A stretch of 64,000 bases of DNA from a virus. Lineage: Duplodnaviria > Caudoviricetes. The position numbers and the translations under genes are program-made. Where the stretch lies: positions 96,001 through 160,000 of IMG/VR virus record IMGVR_UViG_3300037721_000031. The stretch is one strand, 5' to 3'. Within the stretch, counting starts at the first letter, position 1. The number at the start of each line of letters is the position of its first letter. The notes beneath the pieces were generated by a model. It made no database searches and was not told the DNA's origin. It saw nothing but the letters and a program-made list of their open reading frames with translations. Of the stretch, positions 38,438 to 47,370 are shown piece after piece.

Positions 38438-39117
38438 TCTCTTACTCCCTTACCAGCTAAATCTCCATCGGTAGTAAAAAAGAATGTTTCTGATGTACCG
38501 TCGGCATAATCATAAACAACATCATTAGCATTGTCCGGAGTACGACCTTGGATTGTAAACGGATCATCCTTCTCAACAATCTGTACTGCAGTAGCGCGTA
38601 ACTGAGCATTGCTAAGACCTAAAGATCCAACAAGTTCAAGATTACTAATGGATGGTGCCGATACAAAATCAACTCCAGTAGTTTGATTACGCCAAACAGT
38701 TGTAACTGTAGATGCTACAGATCCAGAGACGTCAAGTATCTGAACTAAGGTAACAACATCACCAACAGACGAGTCATCAAAGTCAATAGCCACACGGTAT
38801 GTCGTTGTGACTAATTCTCGATCAGTGGTAGTAGTATCTGATTCACCACCAGGGAATGTCCCTGTGGTAATAGCAAAGTCATCATCACTGCGTTCAGTAA
38901 AGATATAAACTTCACCGATAACTCCTGAACATTCAAAGAGTTCATTACCGAGATATTTTTCACCGGTAACTTCTTCCGCCGGTTCACCACCGGTAGTTAC
39001 AGCGACGCACCACCAGCGACTACCGCTAAGAGCATTACTCTTAATTCTGATATATCCAGGATCTGTAGCGACTAACGTCCAAGTTCTCTGGTCTGGTTGA
39101 ATATTATCTGTTTGCAT
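38434..39117 (-). CDS. Hypothetical protein, possibly tail-associated
   Basis: 227 aa, T/V/D-rich, 4-nt overlap with the S74 fibre gene. Confidence 0.45.
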   Translation of the reverse strand: MQTDNIQPDQRTWTLVATDPGYIRIKSNALSGSRWWCVAVTTGGEPAEEVTGEKYLGNELFECSGVIGEVYIFTERSDDDFAITTGTFPGGESDTTTTDRELVTTTYRVAIDFDDSSVGDVVTLVQILDVSGSVASTVTTVWRNQTTGVDFVSAPSISNLELVGSLGLSNAQLRATAVQIVEKDDPFTIQGRTPDNANDVVYDYADGTSETFFFTTDGDLAGKGVRE

Positions 39118-39126
39118 ATATCCTGC

Positions 39127-39447
39127 CTATGGTTTTTGATCTTTAGTCGAATAAATTTCTTGCTGCTTTTGTTTCCAGTCGCGCAAGGTCTTCTTACTGA
39201 CATTACATAGGATAGTTTTGCGAACCGAGCCATGATAAGCAGTAACAAGTAAAGCCTCTTTATCAGACCATTCTGACTTAGTGTATTCTTCAATATTTGG
39301 AGGAGGTTGAAGTTCACAGTCTTTTAGTAATTCATCAGGAGGTGTTACTAAAACAGTATTATAAACTATTCTTTCTTCTGGTACAGTCGGATTGACCTGG
39401 CACGCAGTCAGGAGAGAAACTAGCAGAAATGTAATAAAAAGCTTCAT
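39127..39447 (-). CDS. Putative o-spanin (Rz1-like lipoprotein)
   Basis: Lipobox LTAC, Pro-rich TPPDELLKDCELQPPP, additional Cys. Confidence 0.65.
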   Translation of the reverse strand: MKLFITFLLVSLLTACQVNPTVPEERIVYNTVLVTPPDELLKDCELQPPPNIEEYTKSEWSDKEALLVTAYHGSVRKTILCNVSKKTLRDWKQKQQEIYSTKDQKP

Positions 39448-39461
39448 GATATTTCCTCAAA

Positions 39462-39938
39462 TTACTTTACTGTACATTGCGGTGAAGATGCACTATTTGT
39501 ACAGAATGATGCCCATAATCCATTTATCCTCGCACTGCTAATTTCCGCTTCTTCAGCTTTCTTATTTTCAACAGTACGTTCTTTATCCTCATACTTTTTC
39601 TTGATGTCGTTTACTTTAGAAGCTACACGCTGATCTACTAAATCAAAACGGTCTTTGTAAATAACTGCAGTCTTAGTACCTTCGTCTAAGACATCACTAG
39701 TTGCTTTACCAGACTGTTGAAGCTGTTTAAGCTGTGATTCTAGTCCAGCATACTGATCTTTTAACAACTTATGCTTAGCATCGAGATTAGTGAAATTACT
39801 TTCAGATATAGTTAACTTATTAGTAATTCTACTATTCTGAATAAACTGATAAGTACAAAAAATTCCAAGAGCAGCTATAGACCCAAGCATTACCTTGCTT
39901 AGTATTCCAGAGAAGGCCGTTTTTATAAAACTGAACAT
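39462..39938 (-). CDS. Putative i-spanin (Rz-like)
   Basis: N-terminal TM, long coiled coil, two C-terminal Cys; directly upstream of the lipoprotein gene. Confidence 0.65.
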   Translation of the reverse strand: MFSFIKTAFSGILSKVMLGSIAALGIFCTYQFIQNSRITNKLTISESNFTNLDAKHKLLKDQYAGLESQLKQLQQSGKATSDVLDEGTKTAVIYKDRFDLVDQRVASKVNDIKKKYEDKERTVENKKAEEAEISSARINGLWASFCTNSASSPQCTVK

Positions 39939-39953
39939 GATGATTCCTTTTAT

Positions 39954-40526
39954 TTAGGTAATGGATCTGTATTGCATTATTTTAGAATAACAGACAGCGA
40001 TAGCATCTATAGAATGCTCATCAATCTCAAGTAATGAAGAAGGACCGATGAAGTTTAAGTCAGGTAAGTTTAAAACAAGTTTCTTCATCTCATCTTTATC
40101 TGCATTACCTTTACCGCCAACACAACGTTTAACAGTAGGTGGGTCGATGAGGTCTAATGGCATGCACTGGTCATGTTCCCATACAGCCTGACGAATAGCG
40201 TCCAGTGTTTCTACAAGGGCGCCATATGCCTGAGGACGAGTTGGGTTGTAGAACGGAGACTCACACACTACGGCTACTGGTAGACAGTGCTGTAAGATCC
40301 TTTTAATATTTTCTTTATGAGCAGAGATTCTAGCAAATCTAGGAGAATGTATCTGTTCCATCCACGGGTTGATTTGTAGCTTCGAGGCTGTAAATGTAAT
40401 TGCTTGAGTACACACAATCTCAAGTGTATGTACATCTATAGACATGCATGAGATGCCTAAAGTAGAACTACCAGGATCAATCCCTAGGATTTGTGCTGAT
40501 TGACTATTAGCTGGGATATGAAACAT
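39954..40526 (-). CDS. ruvC: RuvC-like Holliday junction resolvase
   Basis: ILGIDPG, VCESPF, GKGNADKDEM, EHSIDAIAV. ATG 40526 (MFHIP) preferred over the 40631 extension, which overlaps the upstream gene. Confidence 0.85.
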   Translation of the reverse strand: MFHIPANSQSAQILGIDPGSSTLGISCMSIDVHTLEIVCTQAITFTASKLQINPWMEQIHSPRFARISAHKENIKRILQHCLPVAVVCESPFYNPTRPQAYGALVETLDAIRQAVWEHDQCMPLDLIDPPTVKRCVGGKGNADKDEMKKLVLNLPDLNFIGPSSLLEIDEHSIDAIAVCYSKIMQYRSIT

Positions 40527-40590
40527 ATATGTAATTCCTTGACGGCATAGAAGAGAACAGGAGTTTATCCTGTCTCTTCTATACTGTATA

Positions 40591-41448
40591 TTAGAGACTA
40601 CTAATAGCAAACAATGGTTCAGTGGCCCCAACAGCCAGCGTGATATCAGTACCAGTGTTACTAAACTTTAGAGGAATCATAGCAGGGATATGGGATGCGA
40701 TTTGAACAACGATAGCTTCATTGAAGTTAAATGTTCCACCAATACTGCTAGTTACCTGTACGACTTTATCAATACCTGTGCAGAGCCCGATCTCAGAAAT
40801 GATAGAATAATATTCATCATTATAAAGCACTTTGGCTACATTGATTAGTTCTAATGCATCACTTTCAGTCAGACTAAGCGTAAGAATAGCTGATGCTGAA
40901 ACATACTCGCCATTAGTAACATTAACACCAGAGTTAATGATGTCCGGAGGTGTCGGATTCAGATTACTACTGTTAGGAACAAATACAGTAGTTTGTTCCA
41001 CACCGTTAGTGACTACTTTGTAGTTCATCACGGGTGTGACATTGGTCATGTCAAGACGACGTAAGTAGTAAGCGATATATGTATCACCGTTATGAGTTTC
41101 CTCACGACGTAATGCATACCTAGCTCTTTCTATACTAGTCAAATCGTCTGTAATTTCTCGAAGTACAAACGGGATATGTCCATACAGTGCGGCATCAGTA
41201 GCTCTATGTTGCACTGGCTCTGGCTTGGGAATACCCTCACCACCTACTACCAATTGGTGACCGCGATTACCGATACAGTAGTACCTGAGGCTCGGTCGTT
41301 CAGTTGATATCGGTAATGTTCCATTTTGGATACCGAACTTCTGATTGAGAGTAGAATTTGCTGGATATGCGGGAGCGATATTCAGAAGCATACAAGTCTG
41401 AATATAACTGGAATATACGGTGCGTGTGACTGATTCCATATTTATCAC
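40591..41448 (-). CDS. phiKZ-like virion structural (baseplate-region) protein
   Basis: 285 aa; YYCIGNRGH, H.ATDAALY..IPFVLR, ISEIGLCTG.D motifs as recalled from jumbo phage structural proteins. Confidence 0.55.
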   Translation of the reverse strand: MINMESVTRTVYSSYIQTCMLLNIAPAYPANSTLNQKFGIQNGTLPISTERPSLRYYCIGNRGHQLVVGGEGIPKPEPVQHRATDAALYGHIPFVLREITDDLTSIERARYALRREETHNGDTYIAYYLRRLDMTNVTPVMNYKVVTNGVEQTTVFVPNSSNLNPTPPDIINSGVNVTNGEYVSASAILTLSLTESDALELINVAKVLYNDEYYSIISEIGLCTGIDKVVQVTSSIGGTFNFNEAIVVQIASHIPAMIPLKFSNTGTDITLAVGATEPLFAISSL

Positions 41449-41525
41449 ATTTAGAAGTAATTTGTATTAGACTACTACTCTACATCAAGTAGATTAATAG
41501 CTGGCGTAATCATCACAAGATGAGG

Positions 41526-41557
41526 CTCATTAGGTAAGTTTTAACCTACCTAATGAG
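41526..41557 (-). terminator. Hairpin
   Basis: 11-bp stem CTCATTAGGTA/TACCTAATGAG. Confidence 0.45.
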
Positions 41558-41565
41558 TATTCTCA

Positions 41566-43758
41566 CTATACGTGCCAAAAGTCAGGAACGGTCATTTGTT
41601 CTTCAATATCTAATTCAAGATATCTATCAATTCCTATTACATTAGTTACGTCTCTAGGATTATTAACTAACTCTGGTAAATCATAGCTAACGTCTACTGA
41701 AATAGGAGAACGGTTATAATACGTAGCACTGACGTCGGTCAGACTAGGTTTAACAGGTATGTCCAATTCTGCACTGATTTTACGGCCAACATGAATAACT
41801 TCATCAAACGTGGCTGATCCGATATCGAAATAACCACCTTGCTTTTGTTTTTGATCAGCTGTCAATACACCGACAGTCATTGGAAGCTTTTGATGATACT
41901 TTGTATAGCCGGTGATATTATCAGGCCTTGTTCCTGATTCTCCAGCATCCAATATTGCAGTACTATTAATAGCTGAATTATATTGCACACTGTAACTAGA
42001 CAACTGTGACATTATGCGAATCATGGCTCGCTGAATATCTTCTAAACTTATAGCTTTAGAAGCAATGATACCTGTTGCCGCCTCAAGTAAATCTACAGAT
42101 AGTTGTGCTAAGTGAGATAGTGTATATTCAGATATAGTTATATTTCTATCTGAGAACCAATCTGCGTAGAACTGTCCTTCTTCACCTAACTGTATACCTA
42201 CATCGGCCCAGAAACGAGTAATAAGTCCCATTTTCTGACCGCGGGCATTATTAAATTGCTCAGATGATGCGTACCCATACTGAAGTAATGCGCACTTCTG
42301 AATACTGCGACAGTGTTCGTTGAAAGTGTCTACAGAGATCATTGGGTTAGTGGTCGGTACTAAGCTCAACATATTTTGAGCAAACTCAGTACTAACTACT
42401 TTTGGATTAACAACAGACATTACATCCTGTACTGTTGGTTTTGGTACTAGCATAACTCGTTCAGCAACTACTTTAGGTAGCCTAACCAAAGTAATATTCA
42501 TATTCACACAAGTAGCGTATGTGTAAAATACGAAGGCGTCTCTTGCAGTCATAACTAATGCTTCACCAGTCAGTGGAGAAGTTACACTGATGAATGCACG
42601 GTAATGATCTAGATGACTAAGCCACAGCCAGTGATTAAGTAATATATCTGCTAGCGTGTAACGTTCAGATCCTGTGAAGTCAATAATTGACGATTCTAAA
42701 AGTTTAGTCTTCAATTCATTAGCAAGAGAATATTCCATTACTCTAGCTGCTACTCTTTGTTCTGAGTCACGATACTTGGTATTATCACGTGCTAGAAAGT
42801 CTTCTTTATCCATGACTTGAGTCAAGGTAAAAGTATCTTTCATGTCGTAATTAGTCTTAGTATTCAGAGGTATTTTCTTGAATGATATTTCTGGCTTTAG
42901 ATTACCAGGCATATCTTGCAAGTCATGTCGCATTTGATATTCAGCAAGAGGTAAACCTCTGCTGGTCATGATATGTTCTGTCAACCATTCAAACACTTCT
43001 TGTTTGCCGCTATTTCTCTCAATGTAAGCTATGTTACGATACAGCCAAAGCGCTTGTGATCTAGTGAGGTACATCAAGTATACATCAAGTAATCCGTGGC
43101 TCGCTAAGTATTGCCGTAAGTGATAGCTATGCACTTCATTTGTTTTACATGCTCTTAATCTGAGATTGATAATACTAGCAACCATGTTGATATAAAGTAT
43201 ACCAAGCATTGTTGTTGAGTATAGATTATCAGATAATCCATATTGAGGATTATCCCATCTAGACAGGTAACTGTATATCCACTCTTGCAAGTTATTAATA
43301 AGTGAATATTCGTGCTCTTCCACTAACTGTGGGGGATACGATAAAATAGTTCCATTACGGGCTGAAATAGCAGCGTCAATATTGCAAGGATGTAAAATAC
43401 CAAGAATTAGTCTTTCTTGATTCGGATAGCGATTAACTAATTCTTTATAGTACTGTCCGCCGTAGGCGTATGTTTTAGCGGTAGTGCGGTGAAACTGCAA
43501 GTTATCCTTGGTGAAATTTACCACCTCTAACGTATCTAATGATATCACAGTCATCATAGTGTCGTCGTAATGATAGACACCAGATACGTGTAGATAGTAT
43601 TTCCATGTGGTAGGATCAAGACGATCTACAGCCTGAGGACCTAGACGAATATACAACTCATCGTTAATTGCATTTGCAGTGTCTTTAGACTTTAGGACGA
43701 TACTCTCTGCCAGTCTAAATACTGACTCGGCATAGATTGAATAATAATTATCTTCCAC
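41566..43758 (-). CDS. phiKZ-like large virion structural protein
   Basis: 730 aa, GTG start; WKYYLHVSGVYH, WLYRNIAYIERNSGKQEVF; divergent from the probable portal gene. Confidence 0.55.
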   Translation of the reverse strand: MEDNYYSIYAESVFRLAESIVLKSKDTANAINDELYIRLGPQAVDRLDPTTWKYYLHVSGVYHYDDTMMTVISLDTLEVVNFTKDNLQFHRTTAKTYAYGGQYYKELVNRYPNQERLILGILHPCNIDAAISARNGTILSYPPQLVEEHEYSLINNLQEWIYSYLSRWDNPQYGLSDNLYSTTMLGILYINMVASIINLRLRACKTNEVHSYHLRQYLASHGLLDVYLMYLTRSQALWLYRNIAYIERNSGKQEVFEWLTEHIMTSRGLPLAEYQMRHDLQDMPGNLKPEISFKKIPLNTKTNYDMKDTFTLTQVMDKEDFLARDNTKYRDSEQRVAARVMEYSLANELKTKLLESSIIDFTGSERYTLADILLNHWLWLSHLDHYRAFISVTSPLTGEALVMTARDAFVFYTYATCVNMNITLVRLPKVVAERVMLVPKPTVQDVMSVVNPKVVSTEFAQNMLSLVPTTNPMISVDTFNEHCRSIQKCALLQYGYASSEQFNNARGQKMGLITRFWADVGIQLGEEGQFYADWFSDRNITISEYTLSHLAQLSVDLLEAATGIIASKAISLEDIQRAMIRIMSQLSSYSVQYNSAINSTAILDAGESGTRPDNITGYTKYHQKLPMTVGVLTADQKQKQGGYFDIGSATFDEVIHVGRKISAELDIPVKPSLTDVSATYYNRSPISVDVSYDLPELVNNPRDVTNVIGIDRYLELDIEEQMTVPDFWHV

Positions 43759-43796
43759 GATATCTCCAACCCATTCCTTCAGAATTAGAAACTGAA

Positions 43797-46745
43797 ATGA
43801 GCAAAAATACGATTATTAAGACGATCGGTTTAGCCAATAAAGGCCAAACCTACCCCGTGATGAAGCTGGTTTCTGATAACCCTGATATGGCTGCGCTTAT
43901 CAGTAAGATGGTTAGTAATCCAGCAACCCCTACTTCTTACGATAATAAAGGCCAGCGCACAATAGCTCAGCCGAACTCTTATGAATTTAAGAATACATCA
44001 TGGAGAACTGCTCGTAATGCAAATGATGCTAGAGCAGTAATGCAGATGTTTCCTGACATGGAGTTGGCTGCGCAGATTTTAGTTAGTTCTATCTTGTCTC
44101 CAAAAGACATGATGACAACAGAACTAATTTTTCAAGCACCAGAGAATGTTGTTAGTAATCAGATCAGTGGTGAACTGCTACGTATTATTCGGCAACACTT
44201 TGATCAGGTCTATAAAATTAAGCCAATGTTAGGCAGAATCTTAAGAGATATCCTGTTTGAAAAAGGTAGCTATATCTGCGCAGTTATTCCTGAAAATAGC
44301 TTAGACGAAATTATTAATCGTCACACTACTATTACGATGGAAGGTATTTCTGAACTTATTGACAAAGAAGGTAAGGTAAGAAGTATTGGTATTCTTGGTC
44401 CTAGTAAGAAGCCTAATGGTGCACCTGATAGTGTTGATCCGTCACCTGGAGTATCTTTAGAAAGCTTTGCACAATATGATTTCCGGACAGCGCATCGTAG
44501 TATCGACGGCCGTCTGAATATGGAAGGATTTAAGGATGGTAACACCTTACAAAATCCATATCTTCTAGTTACAGATAACCCGGACGTTTTAAAGTTTCCC
44601 AAGATCCAAAAGAAATTGACTGAGCAGCGTGTTAATGATTCACTGAAACACATCGGAAATTCGTTAGCTTCTAGAGTAAATCGTAATTCTTCTATTGCGT
44701 TAGAAGCAATGGCCAGGAATAGAGTTACTAACCAAAATAAGTTAACTGACCGTGAACTGACTAGTGCCATTTACAAGAACGCAAGTAATACGCATGAAGG
44801 TGTAGCGTTACTCAAAACAGATCAACAGCTCAAGCGTAAATCTGTAAGTAACCCCCTGATTATGGACTTACCGTCAGAATCTGTTATACCGGTGCATGTG
44901 CCAGGACAAGAAGAAAAACATATCGGATACTTCGTTCTGCTCGATATGAACGGTAATCCAATTAATTCTGTTGGTGATAAAGATTACTACGGTGAACTAA
45001 CTGAACGTATGAACGGTGGTGGTAACTCTAGTAGCTTCCCAAGTCAGCTGCTGAATCGTATTAAGAGTATGCACAGTGGTTTTGACTGTACTAATAAAGA
45101 GCACTTGGATTACAGTACTCGAGTATATGCCGATATGATCGAACAAGATCTTATCGCACGTCTGAAAAATGGTATTTATACAAACGGTGTACAACTTGCT
45201 CGAAATGAAGAAGTATATCGAATAATGCTCGCACGTACATTTTCTAGACAGCAGACTCAAATGTTGTTCTTACCTGTAGAACTGGTTACCTATTATGCAT
45301 TTAGATATACTGCAGATGGTATCGGTAAGTCATTAATGGATGACATGAAGGTACTGAATTCATTACGAGCAACGACAATGTTTGCAAATGTCATGGCGTC
45401 TATTCGTAATTCAGTAGCACAGACAAATGTAAAGTTGAAGCTAGATGAACATGATCCTGATCCGTATAAGTCAATCGAACGGATGATGAATGAAATTGTT
45501 CGTGCTAAGCAGCAGTCATTTCCATTAGGTGCAAACTCTCCAGTTGATATTGTAAATTGGTTACAACGTGCAGGGTATCAATGGGCATTTGAAGGTCACC
45601 CAGGTCTTCCCGATATTCAAGTTGAGTTTAGTGAAAGTTCAACAAACTATCCAAAACCAGATAGTGAGTTAGAAGAGAGTTTACGTAAACGTGCTATCAT
45701 GTCGACTGGCTTGAATCCAGAAACTGTGGATAATGGTTTTAGTGGTGAGTTTGCAACATCTGTTGTGGCAAATAATGTATTACTGTCTAGACGGGTAATG
45801 CAGATTCAAGAACAGTTCTGTCCTCTTCTTAATGATAATATTCAGAAAATTATTCTAGCTACACCGTCTTTACTTGATAACATGAGAAGTGTTATTGAAA
45901 ACGGGTATAACTCAATTAAACTAGAAGATGATCAAAGGAAGAGAATTTGTTCTGGTTTAGCTGATGAGAAAAGTGCGATAATTGATTATGTGCTATTAGA
46001 ATGGATTCATGGGATGGAAACTCAACTCCCACGTCCCAACTCTGTAACATTAGAAAATCAGTTTCAAGCATATGAGACATATTCCAAGATTCTAGATCAA
46101 CTTCTAGATGCGTGGATTAACGAATCGTTCTTTACAGCAGAGACTGGTGGTGATGTTGCGCAACACGTAACTACTATGCGTAATGCAGTGCGTGCTCACT
46201 TCATACGTAAGTGGTCTGCTGAGAACGGTGTAATGCCGGAGTTGTCAGACATTACAGCAATGACAGAAGAAGGCTCTGCACAGACTAACTTCTGGGAAAT
46301 TCAGCAGTCGCATATGGGATCACTCATGAAAACTATGAGTGAGTTTCTGAAGAGTCTTCAACCTGCAAAAGATAAATCTGATGCAGTGCTTGCCAATAGT
46401 ACTGATATGGCTGAAGCTCCAGAACAAAGTATGAATTCTAATACTGATTCTAGTAGTGGAGCAGATGGTCTAGATACTGATTTAGATAACAATGATCTAG
46501 ACAATACAGAAATTTTTGACGATAGTGATCAGACTAGTGATTTAGAAAGTACTGTTTCCGACAGTAGTATTGATGTCACTACTGATACTGATGACGAAGT
46601 TCCTAAGGAAGACTCAGACGCTATTCTACCGGTTGGTGATGTCAAAACAGAATCATTAAAGGAAGAGTCTCAGAATACAAGTAGTGGTGGGAAGAAGATA
46701 AAGTCAATCACACCTACATACGTGTATAAACCTAAGCGGACTTGA
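43797..46745 (+). CDS. Probable portal protein (phiKZ gp129-like)
   Basis: FPDMELAAQILVSSILSPKDM, SESVIPVHVPG....HIGYFVLLD, acidic C-terminal tail; size and position fit the phiKZ-like portal as recalled. ATG 43797 preferred. Confidence 0.55.
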   Translation: MSKNTIIKTIGLANKGQTYPVMKLVSDNPDMAALISKMVSNPATPTSYDNKGQRTIAQPNSYEFKNTSWRTARNANDARAVMQMFPDMELAAQILVSSILSPKDMMTTELIFQAPENVVSNQISGELLRIIRQHFDQVYKIKPMLGRILRDILFEKGSYICAVIPENSLDEIINRHTTITMEGISELIDKEGKVRSIGILGPSKKPNGAPDSVDPSPGVSLESFAQYDFRTAHRSIDGRLNMEGFKDGNTLQNPYLLVTDNPDVLKFPKIQKKLTEQRVNDSLKHIGNSLASRVNRNSSIALEAMARNRVTNQNKLTDRELTSAIYKNASNTHEGVALLKTDQQLKRKSVSNPLIMDLPSESVIPVHVPGQEEKHIGYFVLLDMNGNPINSVGDKDYYGELTERMNGGGNSSSFPSQLLNRIKSMHSGFDCTNKEHLDYSTRVYADMIEQDLIARLKNGIYTNGVQLARNEEVYRIMLARTFSRQQTQMLFLPVELVTYYAFRYTADGIGKSLMDDMKVLNSLRATTMFANVMASIRNSVAQTNVKLKLDEHDPDPYKSIERMMNEIVRAKQQSFPLGANSPVDIVNWLQRAGYQWAFEGHPGLPDIQVEFSESSTNYPKPDSELEESLRKRAIMSTGLNPETVDNGFSGEFATSVVANNVLLSRRVMQIQEQFCPLLNDNIQKIILATPSLLDNMRSVIENGYNSIKLEDDQRKRICSGLADEKSAIIDYVLLEWIHGMETQLPRPNSVTLENQFQAYETYSKILDQLLDAWINESFFTAETGGDVAQHVTTMRNAVRAHFIRKWSAENGVMPELSDITAMTEEGSAQTNFWEIQQSHMGSLMKTMSEFLKSLQPAKDKSDAVLANSTDMAEAPEQSMNSNTDSSSGADGLDTDLDNNDLDNTEIFDDSDQTSDLESTVSDSSIDVTTDTDDEVPKEDSDAILPVGDVKTESLKEESQNTSSGGKKIKSITPTYVYKPKRT

Positions 46746-46774
46746 TTCTACTGTTAATCAAAAAAAAAATAACA

Positions 46775-46814
46775 GCATACAGAGCTAGGGCAATTGCCCT
46801 AGCTCTGATTATGC
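46775..46814. terminator. Bidirectional terminator with 28-bp perfect palindrome
   Basis: CAGAGCTAGGGCAA|TTGCCCTAGCTCTG (46780-46807), flanked by GCATA...TATGC, between convergent genes. Confidence 0.7.
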
Positions 46815-46839
46815 CGTAGCTCATCGGTTTACTAATAAA

Positions 46840-47265
46840 TCAAAACACTGCTTCAGTTTTTCCACTCAAAATATCAGAATAGCAAGTGCGCATGTCTTTA
46901 TAAATATTAAACGCATTAGCTGTAGTGGGCCAGTGTGCACCGATAAATGAAGACACTTCTTCAACAGATGTCTCAAATGCTTTAGAGCAATCATTCCATG
47001 TTAGTAGCTTTTTACCGAATGACTCTTCCAGCCCTAACGCAATGCAGCGGTTATCTAGAAATTCGTTACCACTAATGACTCGAGCGTTAGGATTAACTTC
47101 TAAGGTATAGACGATGACTCCAGTATCCCAGCAGTTCCTATCCTTAACAGATACTACTCCACCAATTGCTCGCCCGGTAAATAGATGTAATTTACCTTTT
47201 GCAGAAAAGATTAGGAATGGCTTGTGCTTTCTAGATTGCGAACTATTCCTGTAAACCACTTCCAT
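46840..47265 (-). CDS. Hypothetical protein
   Basis: 141-aa ORF. Confidence 0.5.
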   Translation of the reverse strand: MEVVYRNSSQSRKHKPFLIFSAKGKLHLFTGRAIGGVVSVKDRNCWDTGVIVYTLEVNPNARVISGNEFLDNRCIALGLEESFGKKLLTWNDCSKAFETSVEEVSSFIGAHWPTTANAFNIYKDMRTCYSDILSGKTEAVF

Positions 47266-47312
47266 ATAGTATCCCTTAGTTACTTGTTAACAAAAAATTA
47301 GCTTGTAGACAT

Positions 47313-47344
47313 TGCAGTAACAGGGTATAACTCCTGTTACTGCA
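47313..47344 (-). terminator. Hairpin terminator
   Basis: 12-bp stem TGCAGTAACAGG/CCTGTTACTGCA downstream of 47371..49497. Confidence 0.6.
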
Positions 47345-47370
47345 TATGCCGACTTTGTTTTTAATAAATA

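Noticed and set aside
40527-40631. N-terminal extension of RuvC given in the ORF track
   Set aside because: It overlaps the upstream gene and is non-RuvC-like; ATG 40526 with AAGGA upstream is more plausible.
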